Positions 38,386 to 53,314 of a DNA stretch of 64,000 bases are shown here, one piece after another. Source of the DNA: Podarcis bocagei (Eukaryota); the NCBI GenBank assembly GCA_964188305.1, contig OZ076889.1; one strand, written 5' to 3'. The translations under genes were made by a program, and so were the position numbers. The notes beneath the pieces were generated by a model, which was not told the origin of the DNA, searched no databases, and was given only the letters and a program-made list of their open reading frames with translations. How positions within the stretch are numbered: position 1 is the first letter of the stretch; each line of letters begins with the position of its first letter.

Positions 38386-38847
38386 ATATTTTATTGGTAC
38401 ATGCTGTTAAAACAAAAATGCACAGGGAGAGGGTTGGAATCAATTTACTAGTTTGCTGCAGGTGCAAAAATGTCTAAAGATGATTATATACACTTATGCC
38501 TTACGGCTGGTATTTTTCACCATCCCTGCCTTATCATCTTCGGTGTTCGAGAGCTTGTAGTGCAGGTGAGTAAAAGGCGGGCTTTTGTAAATAGTTATTT
38601 CAGGACCGAATCCTGACCTAGCAAGCTGTGACTCAGATGAAGCTTTACTTGATGGCTTTGGTTGCCGCCCCATCTGTAGAAGAACTGCAGCAATTTGAGT
38701 GAGCCGTTTGTGTTTGGTAACATTTAGGATAAACAGCACCCAAGTCCAGTTTACTCTTTTGTGTCTTACATAACGGCCCCTGGTATCTGCTCTGGGCAGG
38801 GTAGCCATATAAGGGATAAAGTTCTGCATGTCTATAAAGCAGTGGAG

Positions 38848-38848
<1 letters not shown>

Positions 38849-38891
<43 letters not shown>
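38849..38891. repeat. (TG)n microsatellite
   Basis: Seen directly. Confidence 0.97.
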
Positions 38892-38893
<2 letters not shown>

Positions 38894-39771
38894 AGACTTA
38901 CAGTACAGTCATTATTTTAACAGCACTTATTGTGACTTAAGGTCAACATTCGTCTTCCAGAATTTTCTTTATTGAAGGAACGAAGCTTTATGCCATAACC
39001 CCATGTCTCTTCTAATTGAATGCGTGCTTCCTTTGTCCTTGAAGCAACAAAGAAATATGTGCATCTAGTCTCTGCAACATGGAGAGCATCTACTTTCAGA
39101 TTTGGCATGTCTCAACTTTAAAACCAGCTTCTTCTTTTTTTAAAGGTGTATTGGCACACTCCTGCTTAAAGTTGCAATGCACAGTACTGAAGGACATTGT
39201 TGTGGCTTTCTAGAACAAAGAATTGGCAACTACCACAGCTCAAACACTCACATGCCTATGTGTTTTAGGCATTAATGAGGTCTGTTGGAAGGTTAGGGTC
39301 CTTAAGCTTTTCCTTAGCTCTGCTACACATACCTGCAAATTTCTGAATATGCCAGAAAAAAATGCTTTCAAATAACTTGAGTTGGTTAACTGGAATGAAA
39401 AGACTCTGAATAGTGTAGTTCCTAAATAACCATGCTTGTTGCTGTTGCCATGTGCTTTCCTTCCTGCATAGAATGAGAGAAGATTGTTCCAGTGTGTGGC
39501 ACAGAGAAAATGCAGCAAAGGATAATGTAGAGGTGCCCAAATGTGCTGGAAGTAGCTTTTGATACATCACCATGACATGTACGGATGCAGGGTGGCCACT
39601 TCTGCATTGTGATAAAAATGGGGATGCGGATTTGCAAAAGCTAATTTGTGTATATAGGTGCAAATTTAGAAATAATTAATACACTGCACTGCCTGAGCAG
39701 TGAGTACCTCAGAAAAATCCAAGTACTGATACAGAGAATATTGTTCCCTAGTTTTGCTAGTCTAACACACT

Positions 39772-40010
39772 GAAGAAGAGGAGTTTGGATTTAATATCCC
39801 GCTTTATCACTACCCGAAGGAGTCTCAAAGCGGCTAACATTCTCCTTTCCCTTCCTCCCCCATAACAAACACTCTGTGAAGTGAGTGGGGCTAAGAGACT
39901 TCAGAGAAGTGTGACTGGCCCAAGGTCACCCAGCAGCTGCATGTGGAGGAGCAGGGAAGCGAACCTGGTTCACCAGATTACGAGTCCACCACTCTTAACC
40001 ACTATACCAC
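39772..40010 (-). mobile_element. tRNA-derived CORE-like SINE (Squam3-like)
   Basis: Minus strand GTGGTATAGTGGTTAAGAG...CCAGGTTCG (A/B boxes), GGGTGACCTTGGGCCAGTCAC core, L2-like tail ending in (CTT)n. Confidence 0.85.
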
Positions 40011-43000
40011 ATAGTGCTATGTTGTTCTACTGTATGTAACATACTTCCTAACGTTTTTCATTTCTCTTCAGTCTCTTTGCTATCGTGCCCTGCAAATTAT
40101 TTCACAGCACATCATTCCATTAGCACAAGCCCTTGCTTCGCTCCTTAACCTGAACTACCACTTGCATAATGCGTGGCAACCTGGTAACCTGCTGTCTAGA
40201 TTCAGCCTACCTGAACCTAGTTTTTATGTCACTGTCACTTCTAAACTACTAGTTGCATTGTATTTCTGCAAGTATGGTTAACTGTCACTCTGAACTCCTG
40301 CACTACCAGTTTTAACTTTAATTTAGACTGGAATCCCTTTGAATTTAGACAGCAATCCCAATACCTTAACTAGGAATAGTCTCTTCAAACTATGACTCAG
40401 AAGAAGTAGAGTCTTTCTGGGTAGTTTTTTAGTAGCTTGTGTTTAGCTGTTGTGGTGGAGGAAAAGCATTTGATGTGCAAAAACTGGCACAGGAGAGTGA
40501 CACCCAATTATTGCTAGTATCAGTTAGTTGTATCTCATGCTAAATTCCTTAACCTTTAAACAGGAGGTGTTCATACCCTAGATAGACTATGGTATGTTAG
40601 ATATCAGAGTACAAGTCAGCTTGACAAAATCCAGGTACACTTTGTTAATAACCATGTATTATACCTTGAAGAGACATAAGTGCAGGAAAGACGAAAAAAG
40701 CTCTGTGCTTGTCAATATTGAGAGCTGGAGGATTAAAACATGGTTCTCTAGCTTTAAATCAGAAGATTAATTGTTTAATGCTATATGTTATATGTTTTGG
40801 AAGTCTACATTCTCATTGTGTTCAGTGGGCATATTTTCCTATCACCAATAATTGTTCCACTGCATTGTTCCACTGCATTTCAGAAGTAACCACACTCCAG
40901 TAGCTGCACTTTATTTAAAGAGATTTCTTTATCATTTAACTTTATTACAGCAGGCACAGCCTGGACGCTGTTCGAGTGACAAGGACTATTTCCTTAATTA
41001 CTGTGCATTGATAATAGCATTTACTCTGGCAGCTCCAGTGCTATTCAATCAAGCGAGATTCAATACAAAAAAAGCTGATTTGCCAAAAGGAAGATTAGCA
41101 TAAGTGCCTGCAGTCACATTCTATTTTTAAAGGTAAAGTTACTTCTTGTCAGAACTTTATTAAAAGCCATAACATGATTACTATCATCTACCTGCTATTG
41201 TTAAAAAATAAATAAATCTTAAAAATCTGCAAACTTCAATATTCAAGCTAAGGACATTTAACATGCTCCCTCCTCCCATCCTAAAGTATTTGATCACATC
41301 TGATTTACAAAAGCAACGGCAGGGTTTATTTCTCATCCTACTCTGACGTAGATACTCAAATTTATTGTACCAAGTTTTCCTCCCCCTAATTTTGTATTGC
41401 TGCACTTAGTCATCGCTTGATTAAGTGATGACTAAGGAGATTGCTTTTTAAAATGGAACATTTCTCTTTTTTTGCAGTGGATCTAGCATAAACTGGAAAT
41501 GCCGACTTCAGCATTACGCACATCTCTTAGCAGAAGGTTAAACAGGACATTTAAATATTATGGCAAGCTATGATGAGATCAAAGCTCAGAAAACAAATGG
41601 TAACTGGATAACAGCACTTGGTATGCTCAATTATCAAACGTAGAAGATTGAGGACCACATTATGACCTGTACACGTAAATGAGTCCAGCAGGTCAAACCA
41701 CTAAAGGAAAGGCATATATATTCCATAGCTTCCTCTTAACAAAATGGCAGGCAAACAGTTTTAAATCCTTCTAAAACGGCTGAAAGTGTTGGATAGCCAT
41801 CTTTTTACAAAGACTCTTGTTGCAGACTATATCTATCTAGCTATCTAGCCAGGGGTTGTTCTGGGATTGTTCCTTCACAGCTGGCTATTGTTGTGAGAAT
41901 AAGAGAACAGACACTGCTTCCATAAGTAAAACTATGAAGTCAGTAACTGAGCTCGCTCTTTCAGCAACTCGTTTAACAAGTGCTGATGTAGGCTTAGAGA
42001 CACAGTGCATTCCCCTCTTATTTTAGCTCTTATGAAGTGGACCTGACTTTAAACAACAGTTAAGACTTTCCAGGTGGCAACAAAGCTGACAAAAGTGAAA
42101 TTGCCAACGGTAGTTGTGCTGAAATATTAAGAGACTTTTTATACCTCTCTTCATACTGGGAAAAGCAAAAATGCTTTATGGTTGGAAGAAGTGACAGAAA
42201 GAAGACAAGGGGAAATGACAGCAATGACCATTGTTTATATTCCTCACGAACAGCAAGATGAAAATGCTACAAACATTTAGCTCTGAATTGGGGAGAGGGA
42301 CAGTGATGTAAGTGTTCCTAGGGAACAATATTCTTATTCTGTTGAAGGAGGTGAGCCAAGACACTTAAGCTCCAGAGAACCTTTAACACAGGAAGCTATT
42401 TATCATAACAAGCTTGGTTGAGACTGCTCCCCATACTGAACCAATTAGAGTAGCTTATTTCGTCATACTTCATAACTTGCAATGATAGGTTTCCAAGCCT
42501 GGCACAGTGCAGTAATTGAATTTTGATCAAACACACATGGCCCATAACCCACTATGTGAAACTTTCAGAGCAGTTCGCAGCTTTTAAATATCCAGTCAAC
42601 TTGTTGCCAAAAGTACAGGATGTACTTGATGCAAGGGAGGGAGAGAATGAATGAGCTGGAACTTGGTACATCTGTAAAACAACATTTTTTTGTCTGACTT
42701 TTCCTCTTGCTTTTAAAGAGCAGTCAGGAAAGGGATGCTGAATCTGAGGTCATTTCTTCCTGCCTTTACTTTTATGTTCGCACATGCGCTTTTCAGAGTT
42801 TTTATGCAATTTGTATTAAGTCCATTGTGCAGTAATTCATGATGCATTTTCCATAATTTATGTCCATTGTTTATTCTTATTTAACAAAATAATTTAAAAG
42901 GAAAGTCACTGTCCTATTCTTGTCGGGGCTATGGTTATTGTCAAAACCATGGCCTGTGTATGATGAAGCTGTCTTCTGCTTTTTGGCATGGGCAGAGACG

Positions 43001-45785
43001 ACGAGACAACTGATGACACAGATGCTTCCATCAAATCATGTCCTTTGAAGGCAGACCCCTTCCATTAGTTATTGTTCAGCTGAACTCTGGAAGAAATCAA
43101 AGTATTAAATGATTAATTCCTGTCAGTGGGAAAGCATGAGTGGTTCCATAGCTTCCATGAATGAAAGACAGTTTGTGAAGCTGCCTCTTGTCCCACAGGA
43201 ACCCAGAGCACAATAGTAGCCTCTTGAGTCCCCTTTGCAACAGCACAGTCAAACACACATCCCCCTCAAAGCTGCCCCCCATTTGCAGCAAGAATGGAGC
43301 TTGGATTTTCTTAACTTTTGTTCTCCTTTCTGCTCCCTTTCATAGGACTAAATTTCTATACGGCTGGTTATAGGATAGACATGAGCTGCATCTTCTCTTC
43401 CAACCACATCTTTTATCTATGTTCATTCCCAGTGCTTGTCATCAGGATACTACTGTAGGACACAGCTGCTGCTGGAGCCCCATGGGTGGCAGCTAGGTTA
43501 GCTGACTTCTCAGCTTCTTCCTCTTTGCTCTACATCAGTCTATAGCTTAAAGCAGGGATAACCACTGTGGTGTCTCCAGATATTGCTGGACTCTAGTGAG
43601 CATGACCAATGGCCAGGGATGACATGAGCTGTAGTCTGGTAACATCTGGAGGTACATGCTGACAAACTCTGACTTAAAGTATAGCTAAGCACATTAAACT
43701 ATTGCATACCCTAGAGATAAACACCAGTAGCAGCAAAATGCATATGTGAGCTAGTAGACAGCTGTAAATCACCTACTTCTTGTCACCTGGTTGTGAACCA
43801 GCAAGGAAATAAACACATTTCAATGGCAAAATTTTATACACTGGAAAACAATGCAAATGAATGGTATCCTTGGTACGATTTGTAATTGCAGGACACAAAT
43901 ACATTCTGATCGCTTGAAGTTGCAAACTTGCATGCCTGCAAACTTACAATACAGACGTTTAATATGGAAATCATTGAATATGATCCTGAGAAATATCTGT
44001 CGGCTGTTTTCAACTTTATTCGGAAACCACATGGCACCAACTGAGCCAAAGAACTCACTGACTTAGCACAAATGAGCAAATGTGTGGGTTCCTGGTGAAA
44101 TCAGTCACTGTGCTCCTCCCCAGTCATTTTGCTCCTGCCATAAGCTGCGGTCTGGCTTAGGGTGCCATCTGAACCTGGGCTCATGATTTAGCTCTCCCCG
44201 ACAAACCATGAGCTGTAAAAACCATAGGACAAACCTTAGTTTCAGTTTGTGATTTGTCTAGAGACAGCTAAGTCATGAGCTTGAGTTTGAATGCTAAGCC
44301 AAACCACAGCTTAGCACAGCAGCAAAACAAGTAGGGAGGAACAAAGTGGCCATGATCTCTTCCCTGGGAGCTGGCACATTTTTATAAAGCCATGCTTTGC
44401 CGTAACATGATATGTGAACCAGACCACCGGGTGGTACATGAGTCCCATGTGTGTTTTCAAGCCTTCTCCCTATTTCATATAAAATGTGCCTTTTCTCAGT
44501 GCATAAGACAGACCTGTCAGGAACATAGGATGTCACTCTAGAAAACTAGAATTTTTATGGCTAGTTTGCTTCAGTTGTCCCATGCGCCTGTTTGAGGGTA
44601 AAGGTACCACGAGGATATGAAGGTTAGCGGTACCAGCATGCTCAGTTAAAGGATCTCAGGTGACTTGGGTGGCAAGGATACCTGCTTGAGATCTTTAACT
44701 GACAAACTTTCCTTGAGAGCTGCTGCCAGAGTAGACAATATTTGTGAAGATGAACCAATGCCAGTTCATCTATATGCCAGTTTCACGCATATAAACAGCT
44801 CCATTTGTGATTGCAGAAAATATATATAGGGTTTGAAGGTCTAGAGGCAGCCAAGTCATGAGCCCTTTCAGTTGCCACACATATACATGTGTTGGAGTGA
44901 AAGCCAGGGTATTGGCATATTAATTATGAAACTAAATCAAATTCAGAGCACAGCCGTTTTCCATGCTATTTCTTAATTTTACTTTTGCTAGTGGGAAAAC
45001 TTAAAAATGAACATGATCCCAATTTGATTGCTGTGTTACTGAACAATTCAGTTGCAGATTTAAAGTACATGTTGCAAACTTCTTCAAAATGGGATTTATA
45101 TAGTAATTATACTAATGGAAGATAATCTTTGAAATTGTTGAATAGTCTAGAAACTTGATGCATCAACACAGCAGCAGACAATACTATATAGGCTTTCCTT
45201 GTAGGCTAAACACAGACAGGATCAGTGCTGAGTTTATAACCTGACCTTTGCAATGCACTTGTTTCAATAGGCATAAGGTATTTGGTTATGGGGTTTGGCT
45301 CCACCTACAGGAAAGAGGAGGCAAAATGTGGGGTAACTAAACATTGCTTTTGCCAAAAACTGCATCTTGCTGTATTTTCAAGTGAGATCCACCAATATTG
45401 GCTTGGTTCACTGTGGAGAAGGTAATGAACAGCCTCCTCTGCCACTGTTAAGAAGAGAATCACATCGTTTCTACCTTCTGCAAACCACAACACAAATGAG
45501 AGTTTGGAGTCTTTGCACTGAGGGGAAGTTGCATGTGAATGGTGAATGCAGTTTTGAACACTAAAAAGAGATACTCTTGCATTAGTTACAAAATTCCCTA
45601 GAATTTGTAGGGGGTTGGTTACAAAAAGATCATGGAACTGTGCAGTTATTCTGGTTTTCTGTTACATGACAAGAAACAAGCATTCGACTCCTCTGTGCCA
45701 TGCATACTTCATTTTACAAGAGTAATAGTTATTAATCAATTAATGAATTTTTAACATACCCAAATCAAGGCACTTACTGGCATGT

Positions 45786-45896
45786 TTAAGGGTAAATTTG
45801 TGGTTTTCTGAATGTCTCATTAGAAATACTCAGTCTGGTAAGTCTTGCTCCATAATAATCTATGATGTAACTAGAGCCATCAGAAGGTCCTACGAT
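45786..45896 (-). CDS. TM2D1: TM2D1 coding exon 6 (last coding; IVGPSDGSSYIIDYYGARLTRLSISNETFRKPQIYP*)
   Basis: Manual translation matches the TM2D1 C-terminus; acceptor TTCTCTTTTAG; stop TAA at 45788-45786. Confidence 0.97.
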   Translation of the reverse strand: MVGPSDGSSYIIDYYGARLTRLSISNETFRKPQIYP

Positions 45897-48580
45897 CTAA
45901 AAGAGAATGCATTACAATATATATATATATTTAAAATCATTTTGAACAAAAATAAAACAAAATACGATTTTGAACAGTATATATGAAAAAGAATCTATTA
46001 AAACCATTACCCTAGCCCAGCAAGACATAAAACCTCTAATTAGAGCTAAAACTACTTATTAGAGCTTATTATTCCAAAACAAATATGACTGGAATTCTCT
46101 TTTAAATGTTTGTTGGGTGACTCATTTATATGCTCTCCCTGCCCAGAACCCAAGAATGTTTACAGGCAGTCACCCATCCAGGCACTAACCAGACTGAGAC
46201 CTCCTTAGTTTCAGTCAGGTGGTGGGCGCATGAATCTTTAGGTGCAGCTGGGACTTAGAAGCAAACAAAAGCCACAAGATTCCTACAGGAGAATATGCAG
46301 TAGCATGTATAAATTGTTATAACACTGCTGACATTTTCTGAAGTTTCAACAATAGGGTGGAAATCACACTACCTTTACATGTGAAGACTGACACATATAT
46401 TTCCACAAACATCTGTGTTTAGGAAATTCAGAAACACTGTTTTGTGTTTAAAAGAACCAGCTCTTCAAGTGTCAAGCACAATCAAATGTTTTTACTAAGC
46501 AACAGTTTCAGCAACCATTTAAGGACATTTAGGAAGTAAATACATAGTGCCAAAATAATCTGGAAACATTCCCTTTGGTAAACATCCTTCTCATCCTCAA
46601 CTTTCTTTAATTTAATATAAAAGCTGACCTAACTGAAAATCCGATCTTTGCATTAAAATGTTTAATTGGCAGGTGTTTACAATTCATCCCAGAAACCTCA
46701 CAAATTCATTTATGATGGCAACATGGAATTTCAAGCACATTGTTGTAATGGATTGAGTTCAGTATTATATAGGATAGGCTCATAATTACAGTTCCCCCTC
46801 CCATGCTGTGAAATTATGTTCTAGCAGTTTTAATGTCACATCAGTTTTACCTAAGTGCTAACATAGCTGAACAGAGAAGCTGAGAGGAGCCTGAATGGGG
46901 ACATTTAAATCAGGGAGTTTAATGTCTGTACTTCTATATTGTATAAAACTTCCACAAACATGTATTTCTTCCTTTGTAATGGCAAACTGAGAAAAGTGTC
47001 AATACATGAAATTATTCTGCCAAAACTCCTCTTGAATCCATGAGTATTATATTTCTGGCGTACAATAATTTTAAACCTTTAAGGTTATTTTTAATCATTA
47101 GCTGGCAGGTCCAAAACTCATCTATTCTAAGCCCCACTGCTAAAAAAACCAAACCCCACAAACCCTTCCTGTATTTTCAGCCAGAGAACTGTAATCGCTG
47201 GCAGTTAACGTCCAAAAATTAATAACATACCTTCCAAGTGTCAGAAACAGAGTGGAAATGTCTGTAACTATGCTTCATAGCAACTTAATTGTTTGGTCCT
47301 GAAGTTTAAGTTCTGACACCCCAGGATTCCTTACAGCTATACCTACCCTACTAGTATTACACCTCTATGTTTTATGATATTGTGGTTCAAGAAGAGGTGT
47401 GGAATTTGAGGGGAGAGCAAATCCCTTCAAATGAATTGAAGTTGTTTCTATTTTAGCTGTAAGCCACCTTGAGTCCTTGTCAGGAAAAAAAGGCAAAGTA
47501 TATATATTAAAATAATAGTATTATAATACGTTGTTTGTCTTAAAAAATTTAACAACATGGGTGGACCTGGTTGGTTTTTGAACTTATTTTCTGGGTTCTG
47601 GGGGGCTGTACAGGAGCAGATCATATGAACGAAAGTTTGGTTCCAGTAAACCATGATTATTATTATGCCTAGGTCAAATATTTTAATGAGAAAGCATAAT
47701 TGGATACAGGGATAATTCTTCCTACAATTCTAACTTTGAGATAAACACTGTGATGGGCCCTATATCTTCCTTTGAAGATATGAGTCTGGATGGTTGACAG
47801 CTCTCTGATAGCAGCACCAACGGGACTGCAGATGAGCAAATTATGGTTCTCCCAATTCTAATTAAAAACAAGGAAACAGAGAGGATTTATCACTGTGATC
47901 CATTCAAATCTGTGCTGGAACAATACAGATTTTTTTGTTTAATTGGGACTGGAATAAAATATTACTTCCAAAATATTACTTCCATTCTTTTGGGGTACCT
48001 TTTGATTGTACAAGTTTCCTGTTCAGAGTTTAAGAGTTACCTCTTTCTCTGTTAATTAAACCAGGAAGCAACTGTTCAAGGAAAAGTGCCCCAGTTACAA
48101 ACTATGGCATGAAAGGGGAGTGTAAGATATGAACTGGGTACTCAAGTTTGTAGTGAGTGATGTCTTCACCCATTTTCCACTAATTGCCCACGTGTGTGCC
48201 TTTGTACTATATGCTTGTTACATTACAAGATTATTTTTATGTTAACGAATGTTTTCTTCCCTGTTTAGAGATAGAAGCCTTTGTTTGGGGCAATTAGTTT
48301 GAGAAAGGAGAGTACAATCTTAGCTAGAAACCAGGTGGTTTCAAGGATCTTCTTCCAGGCTTGGGCAGAATTTATAACATAGTTCTGATAAGGAAAGCTG
48401 AAAGACTCAGAGTTGAAAGTAAAGGAAGAGGCACAAATTTTAAATATTGGGTCAAGGCCTAAAGTAATTAAAGAGTAATTTTAATGAGCAAAGTATTCGG
48501 ATTGTGTCAGGAGATTTGAAATGAGAGGGGTTCTATTATTAGTGAAACCCATAAAGAAGTGGACTTTACCAAGGATGGGG

Positions 48581-48581
<1 letters not shown>

Positions 48582-48620
<39 letters not shown>

Positions 48621-48636
48621 TCTCTCTCTCTCTCTC
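48582..48636. repeat. (CT)n microsatellite
   Basis: Seen directly. Confidence 0.97.
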
Positions 48637-49674
48637 CTGTTAGTTTCTTACATTTAACTTAATTGGCATCCCCCTCCTCAACAGCACATTCCCTGCAGGC
48701 ATGCTAGCTTGGTGGTGTGGGGAGATGGAGAGTAGGTTGTCTGTTTGCTAAGATGAGGAAATGTGCTTCCAGGAGTAGCTTCATAGTTTTTCTAGGGTTT
48801 TTCCTTTTACATTCTATTTTTTATTTTCCCTAAACCTTATGAATTATTTTAGCTCAATATTTCCAACAGAAACCAGTAGCCCTCACCATAGCAATTCTTG
48901 TAGATATAAACCTTTGCTTAATATTTTCCAAATTTAAAGTCATTTATTTACTCATTATTCCTTAAAGCCCTTAATTCTATCTCAATATTTGGGAAACACA
49001 TATCTATGTATTATACATTTAATCTACTTGCTTTAAAATCTTAAGTAACTTTTTGTATATTGTTTCAGAATACCTTTGTAATAAAGTGAAACTTTCCTAC
49101 TGTTTTTGAGTTAGCTAGACTGCAGCGAGGGTGTTAGGATAACTGCTTTCTTATATTTTATTTTTCATTTATAATTTCTTGTTTTAATACAAACACTTCC
49201 TATTTCTTCTCTTCAGCATTTGTAGTAGCCCCATTATTACATCTATTGTAGTATGATCACTTTTATTCATATCATGCTTTTGCCATTTTAAATGGATATT
49301 TACAATTTCTCACAATGTTCCAGTTATTTAGTCTTAATACATTTTTAAATTTACTTTCTTTTTGTGTGGTTCTGGCTCTTCAGTCATATAGAAATATGCT
49401 CGGTGGAGCATATTAATAAAGATTGAATATAGAACCTATTATTCATACTTGCTATTACATGTCGACCAAGAGAGCATGATGTCAAGAAATAGTGAACATC
49501 AGTCAGATAGGTAAAGGTTAAGTCAACATTTTTAGCCGGCTGTTCAAGCTGAAATACATGGAGGCTAAATCAGCTCATATGATTTGGCAGTGCTTGGTTT
49601 AGATCACATAGCAAAACATGCATTTTGAGACTAGCAGATACTGTGGCTTTATCTTTGTGGTTCTCAACTATATA

Positions 49675-49831
49675 CAGACAACTCCCTATTTATGCAGGGG
49701 TTGCATTCCAAGGCACTGTGCGTGTTGGCGGGATGCAAGTAAGTCCGCCCTATCCCCTTCCAGTGCTGAAAATGGTGTGCGCATCAGCAGTTGCGCATGG
49801 CTTGAATGTGTGCAAATGGGAGAGTTGCCTG
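49675..49831. mobile_element. Tigger/mariner-like MITE (degenerate)
   Basis: TA|CAGACAACTCCCTATTTATGCA ... TGCAAATGGGAGAGTTGCCTG|TA. Confidence 0.7.
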
Positions 49832-50447
49832 TATGTAACATAGGTTATAAGTAAAAATTAGGTGACATGGGTCTATAAGCTGACTAATACTACAACAATG
49901 GAAAGCAAAGTCCTCCCAGTTATGGAAGATTGGCCTCAGAATATAATAATCTGAATATGTAGTCTTGAATAAATAAAAGAAATCTGAAATCTAGGAACCT
50001 CTCTCACACTTTTCTGGACTGCCAAGCCTCATATATTTTATTAGTGTTTTTCCCTCCTCTGCACCCGCCTCCCAAATGATTTCACTTTTCCCAGCAGTGA
50101 CTAAGGTATGGAAAAATTGTGTTCCAGGGGCCTCTTTCAGAAATGATACAAATATTTCATTGTTATATAACTCCTACTATTCAAAAATAAATTAAATGTT
50201 AATAAACTAGAGCTGCTGGAATAAAAAAAAAAGTAAAACACATTCTTTAAAAAATAGAACAGCCCTATAGCAAACTGCTTTTGAAACTGAGGAAAGTTTT
50301 AAAAGCAGTTATTGACATGGCATGAGAATCAGCTGTTCAGATGGGGGGAAAGGAGAATTCTGCTGGGCTAGCACAAGTCCCTTGCGGAAATCTAAGTAGC
50401 TTTTTGGATCCTAGCCAATGTCTTTTATTCTGATGTTGCAAGCTTAC

Positions 50448-50521
50448 CTGCATTGAAATCAGAATGAAGTCTATTAAACTACCGATTCCACAAAATCCTA
50501 CTGTGCAGAACTTTAATAAAC
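50448..50521 (-). CDS. TM2D1: TM2D1 coding exon 5 (GLLKFCTVGFCGIGSLIDFILISMQ; second TM helix)
   Basis: 74 nt, TTCACAG/GTAAGC boundaries, translation matches TM2D1. Confidence 0.97.
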
Positions 50522-51052
50522 CTGTGAATTAAGTGACAATCATACATTGAAGAGCATAAAAAGGTTTAGAGTGTTAGTTTTTAGACAACGATATATTTTC
50601 CTTCATAAAACATCTTTCAATTCCTTAGAAGCCCTTGAGTGTTATCCTGAAGAAGAATATGTGTAGCCAAGAAGTCATTTTTCAGTGCTTACTTTACACA
50701 TACACCCCACCCCACCCAAATAGAATTTTTGTAGGGAGAGATGTGGCTTTGACTGGTACACTACAATTAGCAAAATACGGTGGGTAACTTGGAATGGCCA
50801 CAAAGAAACACAGGGTGATCTCCAACTAAGTAAAGAGTTAGACCCATTGAAATCAATAGACTTAAGTGACTTAAATTCATTGATGTTAATTGGTCTACTC
50901 CAAGTATGACAGTAGATATCACCCCCAGGCTGTAAATTTAGACAGCTACATGTAAATGACTTCAGTACAGAAAGTATAAGGGGGAAAGAAAACCCTCTAA
51001 ATTAGCCGCTCTGAGCCCGGCCTTGGCTGGGGAGGGCGGGGTATAAATAAAA

Positions 51053-51089
<37 letters not shown>
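51053..51089. repeat. (ATT)n microsatellite at an L2-like tail (51003-51052)
   Basis: Seen directly, preceded by AGCCGCTCTGAG...GAGGGCGGGGTATAAATAAA. Confidence 0.9.
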
Positions 51090-51090
<1 letters not shown>

Positions 51091-53165
51091 ACTGATTGGT
51101 AGGGACTTGCTCCCTGATATTATGGAAGATGGCTGTTGAGAATTTTATATTTATCTAATGCTAGGAGTCCGTTTGATGCTATGGCCAGGTCCCTGTCCAA
51201 ACAGCTTCCAATCCAAGACAAAAGTGATAAAAAAAGAACAGTGTTAATATAGTAGCAATGTTGTTGCAATTTAGGAAAGATTCGGAACAAACTACATTTG
51301 CTTACATGGGAGAGCAGAATGTTTGTAAGCATTGTAATAATACACTGGAGTCCCAGAACTGTCTATTTGTCTAACATGAAGAAGAATGACAGACTTAATG
51401 GGTTGTTATTCCATTGGGGAAAACCAAAATGACACTCTATAATATGAATGGGTTTCACTCCAAATGGGTACATGAGGATTGCTACACTTATAAAAATATG
51501 GGCAAATAAATAATTAAAACATCTTTAGCCAAGCATATAAAAGCACAGGCACCACTCCTGCCAACAGTGTCTCAAAACAGCAAGGCCAGCTACTACCAAA
51601 ATATTTACTGGCAACAGGGAAAAAATGCAAAAATAACAGAAAAGCAACATGTGCCAATTCTTTAAAAGATACTTGTCTTCTACCTCTATAGCACTTTCTG
51701 CTGAGGCAACAGTCAGGGAAGTCTTCCTGTAGAGCTGCTTACATTTTAGGGACCTGACGGGCGCCTTATATGCCCAAGTACTGATGTCTGGCAGTACATT
51801 TCATGCCAAGACAGAAAAGCTTTTCTAATGTGGAGTCATTTTGTGAAGACAAAAACCATGATAAAATGGCTCTAAGAGATTTTTTTATGATTCCACACAA
51901 GTTAATATCTCTGAAATGTCTACTAACCTATTTTCTAAGCCTATGTTCACATGTGAATGAATTCTGTTTTTAAATAAACGTTTCTTGGACTGATAGATAT
52001 TTTCCTAGATCCTTCTCAGTTTTGTTGTGTATGTTTGATAGGGTGCTGCCAATCATTTTGATTGCTGGTATCAATTGGGACAACACTGATTTATCCTGAC
52101 TTCATCTCAAGCCATGAAGAATCCTAGAAGGAACAAACACAAACACACACACACTTGTTCCATCAACTCCTTTTAATTCCTTAACCTTAGTGAAGCATAT
52201 GAGTGGGTGTTGTCAATCACATTGGCTGTTTTTGTTGTCTTTTACCCTGATTCTTTTCAAAAGTCCTATTTATTTGGATAAATGAGTATACAACCATAGC
52301 CTCAACACACTAAACTCAGTGGCATTTACTCCTCAGCAAGCATGCATAGTATCAGGCAGCTTGTTATACTAAAAACATGATTATTTTTTTACCAAGTTAT
52401 GAATGTTTTCAGACAAAGCCTAAGCCAAATGACTTCTACCAGATCACATTGAGGATCAAATACCAACTCATGTTTCTTAGTAACCACAGTATTAAGACTG
52501 TGGAATACTCTGATTTTACAGGGTATACAGCCAAGAAGGGTATCAAAATGACAAAAGTAGTTTAAATTTGGGAGCAGGGAAGAAAGGAGACAAGAAAGAG
52601 TATATTTAAAGCTATGTGATTAATGTAGATCCCTATGAGGATTATAGGCAAGATTGAGGGGCATATCATGTGAGTAAGTTTTCAGTGTGGTCAAGGGCAG
52701 GACAGACTAAGGGGCTAATGCCTGACTGAGAATTCTCTTAAGAAAGGCTGCTGAGGGCAAGAGGAAAAAGCCCAAGCATTTATTAAGTTCTCTTTTTGCT
52801 CTTTGATACACAGATGCCTAGGAAGCAGGCATGGCTTGTAAACATGGAATTCAATGGAGAAGCTTCACAATGTGATCTGAAATGGCAGGCTTGTGAAAAA
52901 TATTTACTTTTAAAATATGGTGGTTGACTTGACTAGCCTACCAACTGAATTTTAATGCTTATTCATCATATACATGGCATAAATTTAGGTCACAAATTGT
53001 ACTTATCATTACTTCACATTCTAGCTGTGATCAAAAATACACATACATCATAATCTTCAGTGTAATCATCTTTGTTTGCAGTATGAATGGCACCTGCTCT
53101 TAATACTGCCTTGATGCATAGTGAGCCATAGCGGTGGCCTAATACTAAGAAGATAAATCACTCAC

Positions 53166-53257
53166 CTAATGCAGGATACCCTAGATAAAACCTATCTGCT
53201 CCCAGCCATCCAAGAAATAAAGACAGAGCCACTGCTACTTTGTAGGAGTAACCATTT
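53166..53257 (-). CDS. TM2D1: TM2D1 coding exon 4 (NGYSYKVAVALSLFLGWLGADRFYLGYPAL; TM2 domain with DRF motif)
   Basis: 92 nt, TTTCTAG/GTGAGT boundaries, hallmark GADRFYLG. Confidence 0.98.
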
Positions 53258-53314
53258 CTAGAAACAGGAGAGAAATGTGGATGAAAACAATCTGTTAAAT
53301 CAAACCACCTTGCC

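Noticed and set aside
41405-41436. 32-bp hairpin CTTAGTCATCGCTT-GATT-AAGTGATGACTAAG
   Set aside because: Too short for a pre-miRNA. Most likely a small repeat remnant.
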